This document shows, piece after piece, positions 1 through 8,451 of a stretch of DNA of 56,912 bases. A program made the translations under genes and the position numbers. The notes below the pieces were generated by a model. That model was not told the origin of the DNA. It did no database searches and saw nothing but the letters and a program-made list of their open reading frames with translations. How positions within the stretch are numbered: position 1 is the stretch's first letter; the number at the start of each line of letters is the position of its first letter. The stretch covers positions 1 through 56,912 of the IMG/VR virus record IMGVR_UViG_3300030117_007306. The stretch is one strand, 5' to 3'. Source of the stretch: a virus. Taxonomy: Duplodnaviria > Caudoviricetes.

Positions 1-680
1 TGGGCAACAACCTTGTACTTTGCCGTGCGGAGTTTTTGCTGCTCGCAGTCGAGCGGAACGCTAACAACATCGCGAGGGTCGATTTCGACAACCATTAAAT
101 GTCCTCCATTGCCGTAGCCTCTCGCATAGTCTAAAGAACCAGCATGAAACCCGTGAGAGCATCCAATGTTTGCGTCATCACAAACCTTGTTACGAATCAT
201 TTCGTTTACATCTCCAACCTTGTTAGAGAACTTGCCAGAGTGCCAATCGGTGTAATCTTCTCTCACGCCTTTGTACGCGAGGAAATTACCATCGGGAGTC
301 AAAGGCATCGCCTTGTGTTCTAGGAACGCATACAGTTCGTTTACTGCTCGGCGTGACGGATTCTCCATCAGCTTATCCAAAAACCTCACCAGAGGCTTAT
401 ATGGTAGTCCCTGACGCATGAAGTCGAGAACTCGACCGACAACGTGATTGTGAATCACCTCGTCCTTATAGCGCACCTCTCCATCAGAAACAGAGATGTT
501 GCCGTCTGCGAATTTTTCGACTGCTTTTGGTATGTCGAACAAGTCAGGCAATTCATCAAACCGTTCTTCTGCGAGCAGTTTGGTTGCCTCGTTGAACGAT
601 GGGTTTGAACTCTCCATCGTAAGTGCCTTGCCATCTACAACGATGGTCAGCGAGTTATCAGTTAATATATATGGTAACAT
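1..680 (-). CDS. rIIB: rIIB-like protein (3' end runs off the window; absent from ORF track)
   Basis: Manual translation from ATG 680: MLPYILTDNSLTIVVDG...FLDKLMENPSRRAVNELYAFLEH...TPDGNFLAYKGVREDY...VCDDANIGCSHGFHAGSLDYA...VEIDPRDVVSVP; typical rIIB motifs; directly downstream of rIIA. Confidence 0.9.
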   Translation of the reverse strand, partial: MLPYILTDNSLTIVVDGKALTMESSNPSFNEATKLLAEERFDELPDLFDIPKAVEKFADGNISVSDGEVRYKDEVIHNHVVGRVLDFMRQGLPYKPLVRFLDKLMENPSRRAVNELYAFLEHKAMPLTPDGNFLAYKGVREDYTDWHSGKFSNKVGDVNEMIRNKVCDDANIGCSHGFHAGSLDYARGYGNGGHLMVVEIDPRDVVSVPLDCEQQKLRTAKYKVVA

Positions 681-728
681 AACGTAGTCCTTTAACTTTA
701 CTTATAGTGTTTGTTTTCTGGTTGATTG

Positions 729-3125
729 TCAAGCGTTTGCTTGCAAAAATATATTGTTAGCGTTTATCGCTTTATCCTTTACCTCACCTATCTTTTTTTT
801 AGCACGATAGGTAGCCTCGACCATAGTTATATAGTTCAAGGTAGCCTCCATTGCCTCGCGAGGTTGCCTCCAACCAAAATGAGCATCGTCCATGAATCTA
901 ACCATTGGATACTTCTCTATCAGTTCAAGGTTCACCTTGCATAAATCAGAAGTAGGTTCTATATCATCTAGGATGGAACGTGAGTCGGGACGCTTGATAT
1001 TATCTTCGTTCTCATTTTCATCCCTTAACCATCCTCTATGGTAGTTTTCTTCATCGTACTTGGAAGTACCTATGAGTCGGAATGCTTTTTCTAAATTATC
1101 CAAGTCCTTGTCGGTTTTCCGCATCATCTTGAGATAGTTGTCGAGATAATCCTTCGCGGAAGATTCCGGTAGCTTGTTATGAAAGTCATCGTTCCTTTCA
1201 TTCATTTCCAAATATGCCTCGGTGAACATATCGTTCCTATTACATTTTTTCTCATGGAAACGAGCGAACACTCTATCATATAATCTCTGCTTGAGATTAT
1301 TGTCATTCAAGTGACTGACAAAAGCGGCAGTAGCCCAATCCTTGAAATATACCCACTTGGAATCTTTTGCGTCGATAGCATTCTGGTTCTTTGCGGTAGA
1401 TTTCAAAGCGTAAATCTCAGGAACGTCGATACCGCAATCTTCTAATGCTTTTACGTTATCCACAAGTGACTGAGGATGACTAGAACTATCAACTGTCTTG
1501 CCCCAATAGAACTTATCTACAATTACATAAACGCCGCCATTATCTAAATCTACCTCGTTCGACTGAAAGTAGTCGCTGCGACAGTTGTGGTAGTTTCCAT
1601 AACTAGCAGTTTTATCCAGAGAAAAAACCTTGGTGTTATGTTTTGAGTTTTTAACGGTAGTGCCGCCCGATACGGTTGAATTGCTTGGGTATATGTCACG
1701 CAATATAACCTTGGGATACTCTGACAGTTTCTTTGTGGGAAAGTCAAACTTGGTCTTGTCATAAAACTCCTGCTTGGCTTTGCTGTTACGAAAATTTAGC
1801 AAGTAAACATTTTCATATACCGGAGTGTCCTTGTGGTTTTCATCACGCTTATCATACTGCTCCAACAAAGGTGCGATACGATTCAACCTACCGTGATGCG
1901 AAGGCATATCATCTATAATTACTAAAACATCTTTTTTGACATAAATGTTTTGAGCTTCATCGCCGCGAACACGCTTGCGAGTGCCATACCTAGTACGGTC
2001 AGGATTAAATACCTTTAGTTCAATATCCTCGTCCTTCCATTTTCTTTTGGAGAAATCTCCATTAGTAACCTTGATGCCTTTCCATAATATACCCTTGGTT
2101 TCGACTATCTTACGAATCTTCTGGCCGAAACCTCCATGAGCGAACGCTTGATTATATAAAACCTTTACGTCCCATAAAGTATCACATTCTTCAAACTTCT
2201 CACCTAATACGCTCGGTAATGCTTTAATAATCTCGTCGAGCTTGTTAATAATGACTTTTTTGGTAGTGTCAGTATATTGCAATGCCTCACGGGAAGCGGA
2301 GATTTCTAAATCACCGATAGCAAAATCAATCACAACGCCTGACGAAATCAAATCAGATTTTTCATCCTGCCAACCCAAATTCAAAGCAGAGTAGTTTAGT
2401 GGGTAGGCAATGTTACCCATGACCGCATAAGACTCACCTTTTACAAGATTCCAGTTGTCCTTGCCAACCACAATCTCATCACGTTTCAAATCATCCTTTA
2501 GTTGCTCTTGGTTTGCCCCGCGAACATTAGGTACAACTTTGAAATACTTATATAATTTAGTAGCCTTGTGGTAAAACTCATCATAATCATCAGACTTTAC
2601 TGGAATGACAATCTCAATACCATCATTCTCGTCAGTCTTTTCAGAGTGAATCTTGGAGATTTGCCCAACGTCAGATGGGTCGATGAAAGCGTTGTAGGTT
2701 GTTTTAGTACCTTTAACGAATGAGTTGATTACGAAATTATCACCGTATGCGAACGCTGACTTGGAACCGAGTCCCAACTGACCGATTTGCTCATTGGTTC
2801 CACGCTTGGTAGATTCACCGTACATCGCGTAAATCTCAGATACTTGATTCTCTGTCAGGCCGCGCCCAAAGTCACGCACCTTGAACTCAGGGGTCATTTG
2901 AGTAGGTAGAGTAACCTTGATTGGAGTATCGGCTTTGCCCACTTCTATATGAGCGTCTACCGCATTAGTAGAGTATTCTCGGATAACCGCGAGTACCTTA
3001 TCAGAGTACAACTGATTGCGTAGTACATTAAATATGTGGGAGAGTCCTGACTCCTTGATTCCAAAAGATACTGATTGGAAATCGTCGGACTGTTTGAGCG
3101 TTGTTTGTTTTGACGTAGTAATCAT
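729..3125 (-). CDS. rIIA: rIIA-like protein with N-terminal GHKL (HATPase_c) domain
   Basis: LYSDKVLAVIREYSTNAVDAH, VRDFGRGL, STKRGTNEQIGQLGLGSKSAFAY; start moved to ATG 3125 because the track's TTG start (3164) is the -35 box of a promoter. Confidence 0.9.
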   Translation of the reverse strand: MITTSKQTTLKQSDDFQSVSFGIKESGLSHIFNVLRNQLYSDKVLAVIREYSTNAVDAHIEVGKADTPIKVTLPTQMTPEFKVRDFGRGLTENQVSEIYAMYGESTKRGTNEQIGQLGLGSKSAFAYGDNFVINSFVKGTKTTYNAFIDPSDVGQISKIHSEKTDENDGIEIVIPVKSDDYDEFYHKATKLYKYFKVVPNVRGANQEQLKDDLKRDEIVVGKDNWNLVKGESYAVMGNIAYPLNYSALNLGWQDEKSDLISSGVVIDFAIGDLEISASREALQYTDTTKKVIINKLDEIIKALPSVLGEKFEECDTLWDVKVLYNQAFAHGGFGQKIRKIVETKGILWKGIKVTNGDFSKRKWKDEDIELKVFNPDRTRYGTRKRVRGDEAQNIYVKKDVLVIIDDMPSHHGRLNRIAPLLEQYDKRDENHKDTPVYENVYLLNFRNSKAKQEFYDKTKFDFPTKKLSEYPKVILRDIYPSNSTVSGGTTVKNSKHNTKVFSLDKTASYGNYHNCRSDYFQSNEVDLDNGGVYVIVDKFYWGKTVDSSSHPQSLVDNVKALEDCGIDVPEIYALKSTAKNQNAIDAKDSKWVYFKDWATAAFVSHLNDNNLKQRLYDRVFARFHEKKCNRNDMFTEAYLEMNERNDDFHNKLPESSAKDYLDNYLKMMRKTDKDLDNLEKAFRLIGTSKYDEENYHRGWLRDENENEDNIKRPDSRSILDDIEPTSDLCKVNLELIEKYPMVRFMDDAHFGWRQPREAMEATLNYITMVEATYRAKKKIGEVKDKAINANNIFLQANA

Positions 3126-3135
3126 AACTGAACTC

Positions 3136-3164
3136 AGTCTACGATACTTCTTGTAGAAAGTCAA
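3136..3164 (-). promoter_or_regulatory. sigma70-type promoter TTGACT-17-TAGACT for rIIA
   Basis: Hexamers with 17-bp spacing; ATG 10 nt after the -10 box. Confidence 0.75.
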
Positions 3165-3208
3165 GCCCTAAATTAAAAAATTTTTTCAGTTAATTTTTAT
3201 GAATATAA

Positions 3209-3405
3209 ATAGGGGTTTATTGATGTTTTGAAATATGCCTAGCATATTAACACGGTGAAATAAATCTCCCTATAAATTCATTGTGCTAGTTTATTGATTA
3301 GCTGAAATACCTCTAGGATATTAAAAACTTGAAATAAATCTAGCAGGAAAAGAGCGTTCGTTGATGGGATGAAATATCTCTAGGACATTGACACTCTAAA
3401 ACAAA
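3209..3405 (-). ncRNA. Three tandem hairpin units with TTCA-N5-TYA internal loops (candidate guide RNA array, site 1)
   Basis: Units 3357-3405, 3285-3344, 3209-3273; variable pairs GAGTG/TCCCA, AGTTT/GCTAA, CCGTG/AAACA; stems differ in sequence but pair, with G-U wobbles in the minus sense. Confidence 0.75.
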
Positions 3406-3588
3406 TCATTCTTTTGTAAAATTATTTTTTATGGCATCCATATCATTAAAATTTACAATATCATAAATTTCATTTTTATCAGCACTAAAGTATAAGACTT
3501 TACAATCCTCCCCCTCAAAAAAGTAATTGTTTTGCTCCATGTCTAAAAACTCATTGTTTTCGTCCGAATATGAAAATGTCTTAATCAT
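3406..3588 (-). CDS. hypothetical protein
   Basis: ORF co-oriented with neighbours. Confidence 0.5.
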   Translation of the reverse strand: MIKTFSYSDENNEFLDMEQNNYFFEGEDCKVLYFSADKNEIYDIVNFNDMDAIKNNFTKE

Positions 3589-3618
3589 GTCATTTATTTG
3601 GCCTTTTTTCGTTCATAA

Positions 3619-4260
3619 TTAACACATAAACATACCCCAATGATTGTAATTTGGAGGGTTGTAATCTTCATCTTCTTTCATAAGTTTTGTGTTATTTCCA
3701 TGCTCTGAATGGATATGAGAGTAGACTTTATATCCATAGTTTTTTAAGTGATTAAAGTCAAAGCCACCTTGGCTTGGGGTTTTAAAAGATGGATTATCTT
3801 CAAAATCTTGCGAGTCCCAAGTGTCGGTGTTGTGATGTATTTCGCAATAAATTGGAATTTTTTTTTCAAAAATAAAATCCATAGTTTTAAGTATCGCAGA
3901 CTCCATTCCTTCAACATCTATCTTAACATAAGTTGGAAGGTCAAGTTGTTGCTCTTGAAAAAATTCATCCATTCTTCTGTATTTTATCTCCTGCTCTACC
4001 GTGTCTCGACAGTCTTTGAACTCAGTAATACAATCATAAGACTTATCAGAAAATGCTATGTCATAACATTTATATTTATCGCCAAACTGTTTTGCATTTT
4101 CGACTAGCTCTCCGAAATTATGCGGGGAAGGCTCAAAAGCATAGACTATTTTGCATCTATCTGCTCTCGGTATGGAAAACTCTCCTACACGCGCTCCAAT
4201 ATCACAAAAAATACTGTCGTCGGTGTGCAGGTCGTGGATTTCTGTTTCACTTAACTTCAT
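3619..4260 (-). CDS. FkbM-family SAM-dependent methyltransferase
   Basis: FCDIGARVGEFS, VYAFEPSP, YVKIDVEGME. Confidence 0.85.
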   Translation of the reverse strand: MKLSETEIHDLHTDDSIFCDIGARVGEFSIPRADRCKIVYAFEPSPHNFGELVENAKQFGDKYKCYDIAFSDKSYDCITEFKDCRDTVEQEIKYRRMDEFFQEQQLDLPTYVKIDVEGMESAILKTMDFIFEKKIPIYCEIHHNTDTWDSQDFEDNPSFKTPSQGGFDFNHLKNYGYKVYSHIHSEHGNNTKLMKEDEDYNPPNYNHWGMFMC

Positions 4261-4520
4261 AAACCTTTTACTATTACACTAGCGATGTCTTGTCTCGCGG
4301 ATTTAGAATCAAAATTTATTTGACTCCTTTCATTTCCTATTTTATCTAAAATTTCTAAAATCTTTACGCGCAAGGAATCTTCGTCGTACTCCCAAGTGAT
4401 ATCCTTATTCTCTACTATATACATACATTTATTTGGCATTTTTTCGTTCACAATTTCCCTTCCTACTACTTCGCTATTTAGCGGCCAAGATAATTCATTA
4501 TTTGGCTTTTTTTCATTCAT
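4257..4520 (-). CDS. hypothetical protein
   Basis: ATGA overlap with the FkbM gene; tight packing. Confidence 0.6.
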   Translation of the reverse strand: MNEKKPNNELSWPLNSEVVGREIVNEKMPNKCMYIVENKDITWEYDEDSLRVKILEILDKIGNERSQINFDSKSARQDIASVIVKGL

Positions 4521-4803
4521 TTTTAGTTAATGATATTATATGTTCCTTTACTACTTTTTGTACTCTAGTATCCTCCGGTAAGTCCTCTAGTCTATGCTCT
4601 CTTTCTAGTTTTCTGCCTTGCTTGTCCACATAAGAAAACTTTTTAGGCGGGTCATCACCTTCAAAGTCTGCCCAATCAAACTCTCTATCAAGAGCTTCCA
4701 TATTGTTCATATTCACCCAAAACAAACCTCGCCCGTCTTTATCATTAGAAAGGGTAAGCATCCCTCTGCGAGCCATCTTAAATAATAATTCTTTATACGT
4801 CAT
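4513..4803 (-). CDS. hypothetical protein
   Basis: Tightly packed co-oriented ORF. Confidence 0.6.
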   Translation of the reverse strand: MTYKELLFKMARRGMLTLSNDKDGRGLFWVNMNNMEALDREFDWADFEGDDPPKKFSYVDKQGRKLEREHRLEDLPEDTRVQKVVKEHIISLTKNE

Positions 4804-4998
4804 TTACCACTTATGTATTATATTCGCTACAATGAAAAAACAAGTAATTAAATTTACTATAATAATTAAAGTTCTCAAAAATAAACTTATTTGAGCTTCT
4901 TTGAGTGATAATATAGGTATATTTGGCTCATCCTCATCAGTCTTTCCTATCCGATGGTCTACTGTCCTGCACCAAATTAACCATAACTTTTTAATCAT
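4804..4998 (-). CDS. small membrane protein
   Basis: C-terminal hydrophobic helix LFLRTLIIIVNLITCFFIVANII. Confidence 0.6.
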   Translation of the reverse strand: MIKKLWLIWCRTVDHRIGKTDEDEPNIPILSLKEAQISLFLRTLIIIVNLITCFFIVANIIHKW

Positions 4999-5156
4999 TG
5001 CGTTTATTTTTATTAGTCAAGCTCCACGCAAACATACACACTATAAAAATAATTAGCCCTGACACAACTTGTAATGCTAATTCTATCATACTAAATATTT
5101 AGCTGCTAAAATACAGTTGCCTATAATTAAAAAAAATATAATTATCCACCAAGTTA

Positions 5157-5405
5157 TTATTTGTTTTTTCGACATATTAGAGCTGGAGTCCTTACAACTG
5201 ACCCTTTCTCGTACAAATCCTCTCCCTCATAAACAACAATCCAATCTTTTTCCAATTCATCTAAATGGTCGAGGTCGTAGTCTGTTATATCTTCGAAAGG
5301 TTTGGCTCCCCAAGTACCTACAATTTTCTTTTTCCCTGCGACTTGTTTGATTTTACCCGTACCTCCACATTTATCGCATACATTATTTGGCTCTTTTTCT
5401 TTCAT
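5157..5405 (-). CDS. hypothetical protein with CxxCxGxG motif
   Basis: VCDKCGGTGK. Confidence 0.55.
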   Translation of the reverse strand: MKEKEPNNVCDKCGGTGKIKQVAGKKKIVGTWGAKPFEDITDYDLDHLDELEKDWIVVYEGEDLYEKGSVVRTPALICRKNK

Positions 5406-5408
5406 AAT

Positions 5409-5518
5409 TAATTTAGTGACTTACTGAAATACTGTTTTTAATATTTAGTCATTGAAATATTTCTAGAATATTGAACGCCTGAAATATTTTTACAGTATTG
5501 AAGCTTTGAACTAAACTA
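5409..5518 (-). ncRNA. Long hairpin with two nested TTCA-N5-TYA internal loops (site 2)
   Basis: Minus sense: TAGTTTAG TTCA aagct TCA ATACTGTaaaAATAT TTCA ggcgt TCA ATATT ctaga AATAT TTCA atgac TAA ATATTaaaaACAGTAT TTCA gtaag TCA CTAAATTA. Confidence 0.75.
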
Positions 5519-5529
5519 TTCATGTCAGT

Positions 5530-5730
5530 TTATTTATCAAACAAAGGGTCGTAGTTGTCTAGTGACTTATCCTCCTCGAACAGTTGACTCAAAATTTCTG
5601 ACAAAGCGTCATATTCGTTTGTGACCTTTAAAACAAGACCAGCCATATTTCTTGAATACAAAGAACGTAATGATCTTATTTGGCCGTCATTCAATCGCAA
5701 ATTATACGTTTTAGTTTTTTGCGGGTTCAT
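5530..5730 (-). CDS. hypothetical protein
   Basis: ATGA-coupled ORF. Confidence 0.55.
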   Translation of the reverse strand: MNPQKTKTYNLRLNDGQIRSLRSLYSRNMAGLVLKVTNEYDALSEILSQLFEEDKSLDNYDPLFDK

Positions 5731-5936
5731 TTTGGCAATTTAATAAACTCTGCCACCTCCTGCATTGCTGACGTTGCTTGATTAAGCTTTTCTTCCTGCG
5801 CGGGAGACAATGTCTTATTTGGCGGTTTTGCACTCAAAATTATGATAAAAACAAGAACTGCAAAATTAACAATCAGATTTGCCCAACAAAGATATTTTAT
5901 TCCTAACAAGTCTTCTTTTGTTGATGGTATAATCAT
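5727..5936 (-). CDS. small membrane protein
   Basis: One hydrophobic segment; TATAAT 8 nt upstream of ATG. Confidence 0.55.
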   Translation of the reverse strand: MIIPSTKEDLLGIKYLCWANLIVNFAVLVFIIILSAKPPNKTLSPAQEEKLNQATSAMQEVAEFIKLPK

Positions 5937-5974
5937 TACTAGTTATTATATCTCTACCTTTAGAAAATTCAAAT

Positions 5975-6000
5975 AAAAAACCCCGCTCCGAAGAGCGGGG
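5975..6000 (-). terminator. Rho-independent terminator
   Basis: CCCCGCTC-TTCG-GAGCGGGG followed by TTTTTT on minus. Confidence 0.9.
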
Positions 6001-6033
6001 TCGTTATGAGGACTACTATTTACTGGGGGGAGA

Positions 6034-6219
6034 TTACTTGCGTGTCCGACGCTTGCTGAATTTAAGCGTCTGAGAGTCCTTTGCCACAGTAAATGTAGAC
6101 TTTGGAACAGCAACGTATTCTGAACGATGCTGATTGAACTTACGCAGCTTTTCGACAGAATCAATCTGAAGTTCGCTGCCCGCCTGTGTTACGTTTACTC
6201 TGTATGTAGTATTTCTCAT
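6034..6219 (-). CDS. small basic protein, monocistronic
   Basis: Own promoter and terminator bracket the ORF. Confidence 0.7.
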   Translation of the reverse strand: MRNTTYRVNVTQAGSELQIDSVEKLRKFNQHRSEYVAVPKSTFTVAKDSQTLKFSKRRTRK

Positions 6220-6227
6220 ACGCCTAT

Positions 6228-6256
6228 ATTATAGCGAGCAACAATCAATTTATCAA
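6228..6256 (-). promoter_or_regulatory. sigma70-type promoter TTGATA-17-TATAAT
   Basis: ATG 8 nt after the -10 box. Confidence 0.75.
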
Positions 6257-6264
6257 ATTTTTCT

Positions 6265-6690
6265 TCAACTTTTTTCAATTAACCAACTACTACTTTGCAC
6301 CTTATCTCCCAAACCGTATACGCTCTCTATGCCTAGCTCCTCGCATAGTTTGTGTTCCGGCGTGTTAGTGCCGTCTGTTCTATCGCCGCCGTTGCAAAAC
6401 ATAATCTTATCAAACTTATTTCGATACATTTCGTTCACAAATTTTAGGCTGGCGCAAACTGTATGATCTTCGTCGATGCTCTTGATGGTAAGATTGACAG
6501 GCTTCAGCGCTTGAACAATCATCATGCGCTCTCTGAGAGGCATGAAAGGCCTGCCTTTCTTATTTGTCAAAAACTGATCCGTATTTACGATTACGAAAAG
6601 TTTGTCTGCTATTGCGGCAGATCTCTCTAAAAGTTCTAAATGCCCTATGTGCAGCGGGTCAAACCCGCCGCTAACTACTGATAACTTCAT
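6265..6690 (-). CDS. cytidylyl/adenylyltransferase (TagD/RfaE-like)
   Basis: SGGFDPLHIGH (HIGH motif), NGGDR, KVQSSS. Confidence 0.85.
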   Translation of the reverse strand: MKLSVVSGGFDPLHIGHLELLERSAAIADKLFVIVNTDQFLTNKKGRPFMPLRERMMIVQALKPVNLTIKSIDEDHTVCASLKFVNEMYRNKFDKIMFCNGGDRTDGTNTPEHKLCEELGIESVYGLGDKVQSSSWLIEKS

Positions 6691-6863
6691 TAAAAAGATA
6701 GTTTTACAATAGTGCCTTTTACTACGCCTGTTTCCTTTTCGTACTTATTTGGAGCAGGCTTATCTTCCGGCAGCCATTCATATTTTGTGCTATGGCATCC
6801 AGTACATAAGATAAAAATTAAAGTTAAAAGAAAACAAATAAATATTCTAGTTTCTAACTTCAT
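6690..6863 (-). CDS. small putative lipoprotein (not in ORF track)
   Basis: MKLETRIFICFLLTLIFILCTGCHSTK...; lipobox-like LCTGC; overlaps both neighbours at start/stop. Confidence 0.65.
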   Translation of the reverse strand: MKLETRIFICFLLTLIFILCTGCHSTKYEWLPEDKPAPNKYEKETGVVKGTIVKLSF

Positions 6864-7237
6864 TTACTGCCTCCTAAATATTTCTTCGCATGGCCTTCGG
6901 CTATTAGCTTATCGTTGTAACTTCCTACCGCGGAAAACGGAGAAGCGTCCTCTGGATATTTATACAGAACACCTAGGAGTCTGCCATATTTTCCCTTTTT
7001 GTCAATAGAAGTTTCTATGATGAATTCGTTGTCTCCTTCGGCAATTAACTCCTCAAGTCTAGCTTTCGCCGCTAGACCTCTAGCTTTTTCTTCTTTGTCT
7101 CTTGTGCGGCATTCTGGAGTATCTATACCGTACAAACGGATGCGCTCCTTCTTGAAGGTGCTGAAACCACAGTCGATCATTGCATCAACTGTATCGCCGT
7201 CTACAACTCTTATCAGCTTTGCTTTATATTGATACAT
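6860..7237 (-). CDS. thermonuclease (SNase-like)
   Basis: RVVDGDTV, RIRLYGIDTPE, KGKYGRLLG. Confidence 0.9.
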   Translation of the reverse strand: MYQYKAKLIRVVDGDTVDAMIDCGFSTFKKERIRLYGIDTPECRTRDKEEKARGLAAKARLEELIAEGDNEFIIETSIDKKGKYGRLLGVLYKYPEDASPFSAVGSYNDKLIAEGHAKKYLGGSK

Positions 7238-7391
7238 TAGAGTCCTTGCCTAGTTTGGCTGCGAGTTCTTCAAGCGAAATAACGATATCGTTAATGAGAT
7301 ATTCTGTCTCGTATCTTTCGTCCTCATCAAGATGCCGTAGGTCAATGGCTAGTAGTTCTTCTATCATCTCATATATTTTATCTTTTTCCAT
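7224..7391 (-). CDS. small acidic hypothetical protein (not in ORF track)
   Basis: MEKDKIYEMIEELLAIDLRHLDEDERYE...; preceded by the GTGTAAAT motif. Confidence 0.55.
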   Translation of the reverse strand: MEKDKIYEMIEELLAIDLRHLDEDERYETEYLINDIVISLEELAAKLGKDSNVSI

Positions 7392-7415
7392 GACTTTTGA
7401 CAAAAGAATTTACAC

Positions 7416-7442
7416 AAAAAAAGAGCGGCCGAAGCCGCTCTT
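7416..7442 (-). terminator. Rho-independent terminator
   Basis: AAGAGCGGC-TTCG-GCCGCTCTT plus T tract on minus. Confidence 0.9.
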
Positions 7443-7500
7443 GCTGTTTGATGATTCCTTAAAATACCTTTAAGGTATTGAAATGTTGAATCAAATCAAC
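7443..7500 (-). ncRNA. Single TTCA-N5-TYA hairpin unit (site 3)
   Basis: GTTGaTTTGA TTCA acatt TCA ATACCT taa AGGTAT TTTA aggaa TCA TCAAACAGC, directly before the terminator. Confidence 0.7.
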
Positions 7501-7667
7501 AAAAAATCACTTACTTCGGTGACGTACACTCTCTTTTTCTTGCACTTCTCGCACGGGCCTTTGCGCCAAGTACCACATCTTATGGTCGTCCTAGGCTCTC
7601 GCCCTTCTTTTTTAGCGGCGCGAGTTTCCTTGCGTTGAGCCTTGGTTCCACACTCGTAGCAAATCAT
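7491..7667 (-). CDS. small zinc-ribbon protein (not in ORF track)
   Basis: MICYECG...GPCEKCKK, 58 aa; ATGA overlap with the upstream gene. Confidence 0.65.
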   Translation of the reverse strand: MICYECGTKAQRKETRAAKKEGREPRTTIRCGTWRKGPCEKCKKKRVYVTEVSDFLLI

Positions 7668-8413
7668 GTTACAGACTTGGCTTTCTTTTGGATTCTGTCG
7701 ATAATTTCGAAAGCCGTCAAACGAGGAATATCTTTGACGCTATTCCACTTTTTAGCATCATCGTTTTTCTCTGCTATCATTTTAGTCTTTACCTGCTCAA
7801 AAGTGATTCCATTCTCCTTCAGAATGGTAAGTAAGAATGAGTCTGGAGACATGGACACGGATGACTGAGAAGAGAATACTGCGCTAGGAATGGAAACTTT
7901 GCCGCTTGCCGCCTGCTTCCCTTTGCTAGGAGCAATTTCTTCTTTAGCTACGATATTGATCTTCAAGAAATTCCTTACGGCACGACAGAATGCTCTATTT
8001 TCAGCAATAGCGGCTAAATAAATCTGGCCAAAGCCTTCAGTATTGTTTAGCCCTGCATCAGCAGTGCCTTCAAAATATACATCTTCACCATCAGTTTCGT
8101 AATTACCAGCCCAAGTAATACCGCATTTCATACAAACATACTCTGGAGAAGCGGTAACGATATCGTACTTTACAGACTTAATACCTCTCGTTTGAGCCAC
8201 ATCTTTTAAGCCTGCTAGGAGAATAATTAAATCTTTGTCTTTTAACTTGGTGACATCTGTTTCAGAAGTATTGTCTCGGTTAGGAACGATGTGATCATTC
8301 TTTACCATTTTTCTCCAGTCAATTAAACCGTCCTCTTGGTAGCTGTACTTAACACCTTCAAGTAGTCCGTGCTCGTTCCTCTTTACTGTTTTTGGCGGTG
8401 TGTTTTTTGCCAT
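7664..8413 (-). CDS. putative ssDNA-annealing protein (Rad52/ERF/RecT-like)
   Basis: GTADA...LAAIAENRAFCRAVRNFL..EEI resembles the SSAP core; low-complexity linker and C-terminal domain. Confidence 0.5.
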   Translation of the reverse strand: MAKNTPPKTVKRNEHGLLEGVKYSYQEDGLIDWRKMVKNDHIVPNRDNTSETDVTKLKDKDLIILLAGLKDVAQTRGIKSVKYDIVTASPEYVCMKCGITWAGNYETDGEDVYFEGTADAGLNNTEGFGQIYLAAIAENRAFCRAVRNFLKINIVAKEEIAPSKGKQAASGKVSIPSAVFSSQSSVSMSPDSFLLTILKENGITFEQVKTKMIAEKNDDAKKWNSVKDIPRLTAFEIIDRIQKKAKSVT

Positions 8414-8422
8414 ACGTCGATA

Positions 8423-8451
8423 AGCCTACGGTAATTCTTGCCCAAAGTCAA
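8423..8451 (-). promoter_or_regulatory. sigma70-type promoter TTGACT-17-TAGGCT
   Basis: ATG 9 nt after the -10 box. Confidence 0.7.

Noticed and set aside
496-687. Plus-strand ORF, and other short antisense ORFs in the track (e.g. 21038-21472, 37802-38170, 50993-51367)
   Set aside because: Antisense shadows of well-supported genes (this one overlaps rIIB)
3209-3405. CRISPR array
   Set aside because: Variable segments are only 5 nt, repeats are conserved in structure rather than sequence, and there is no cas operon
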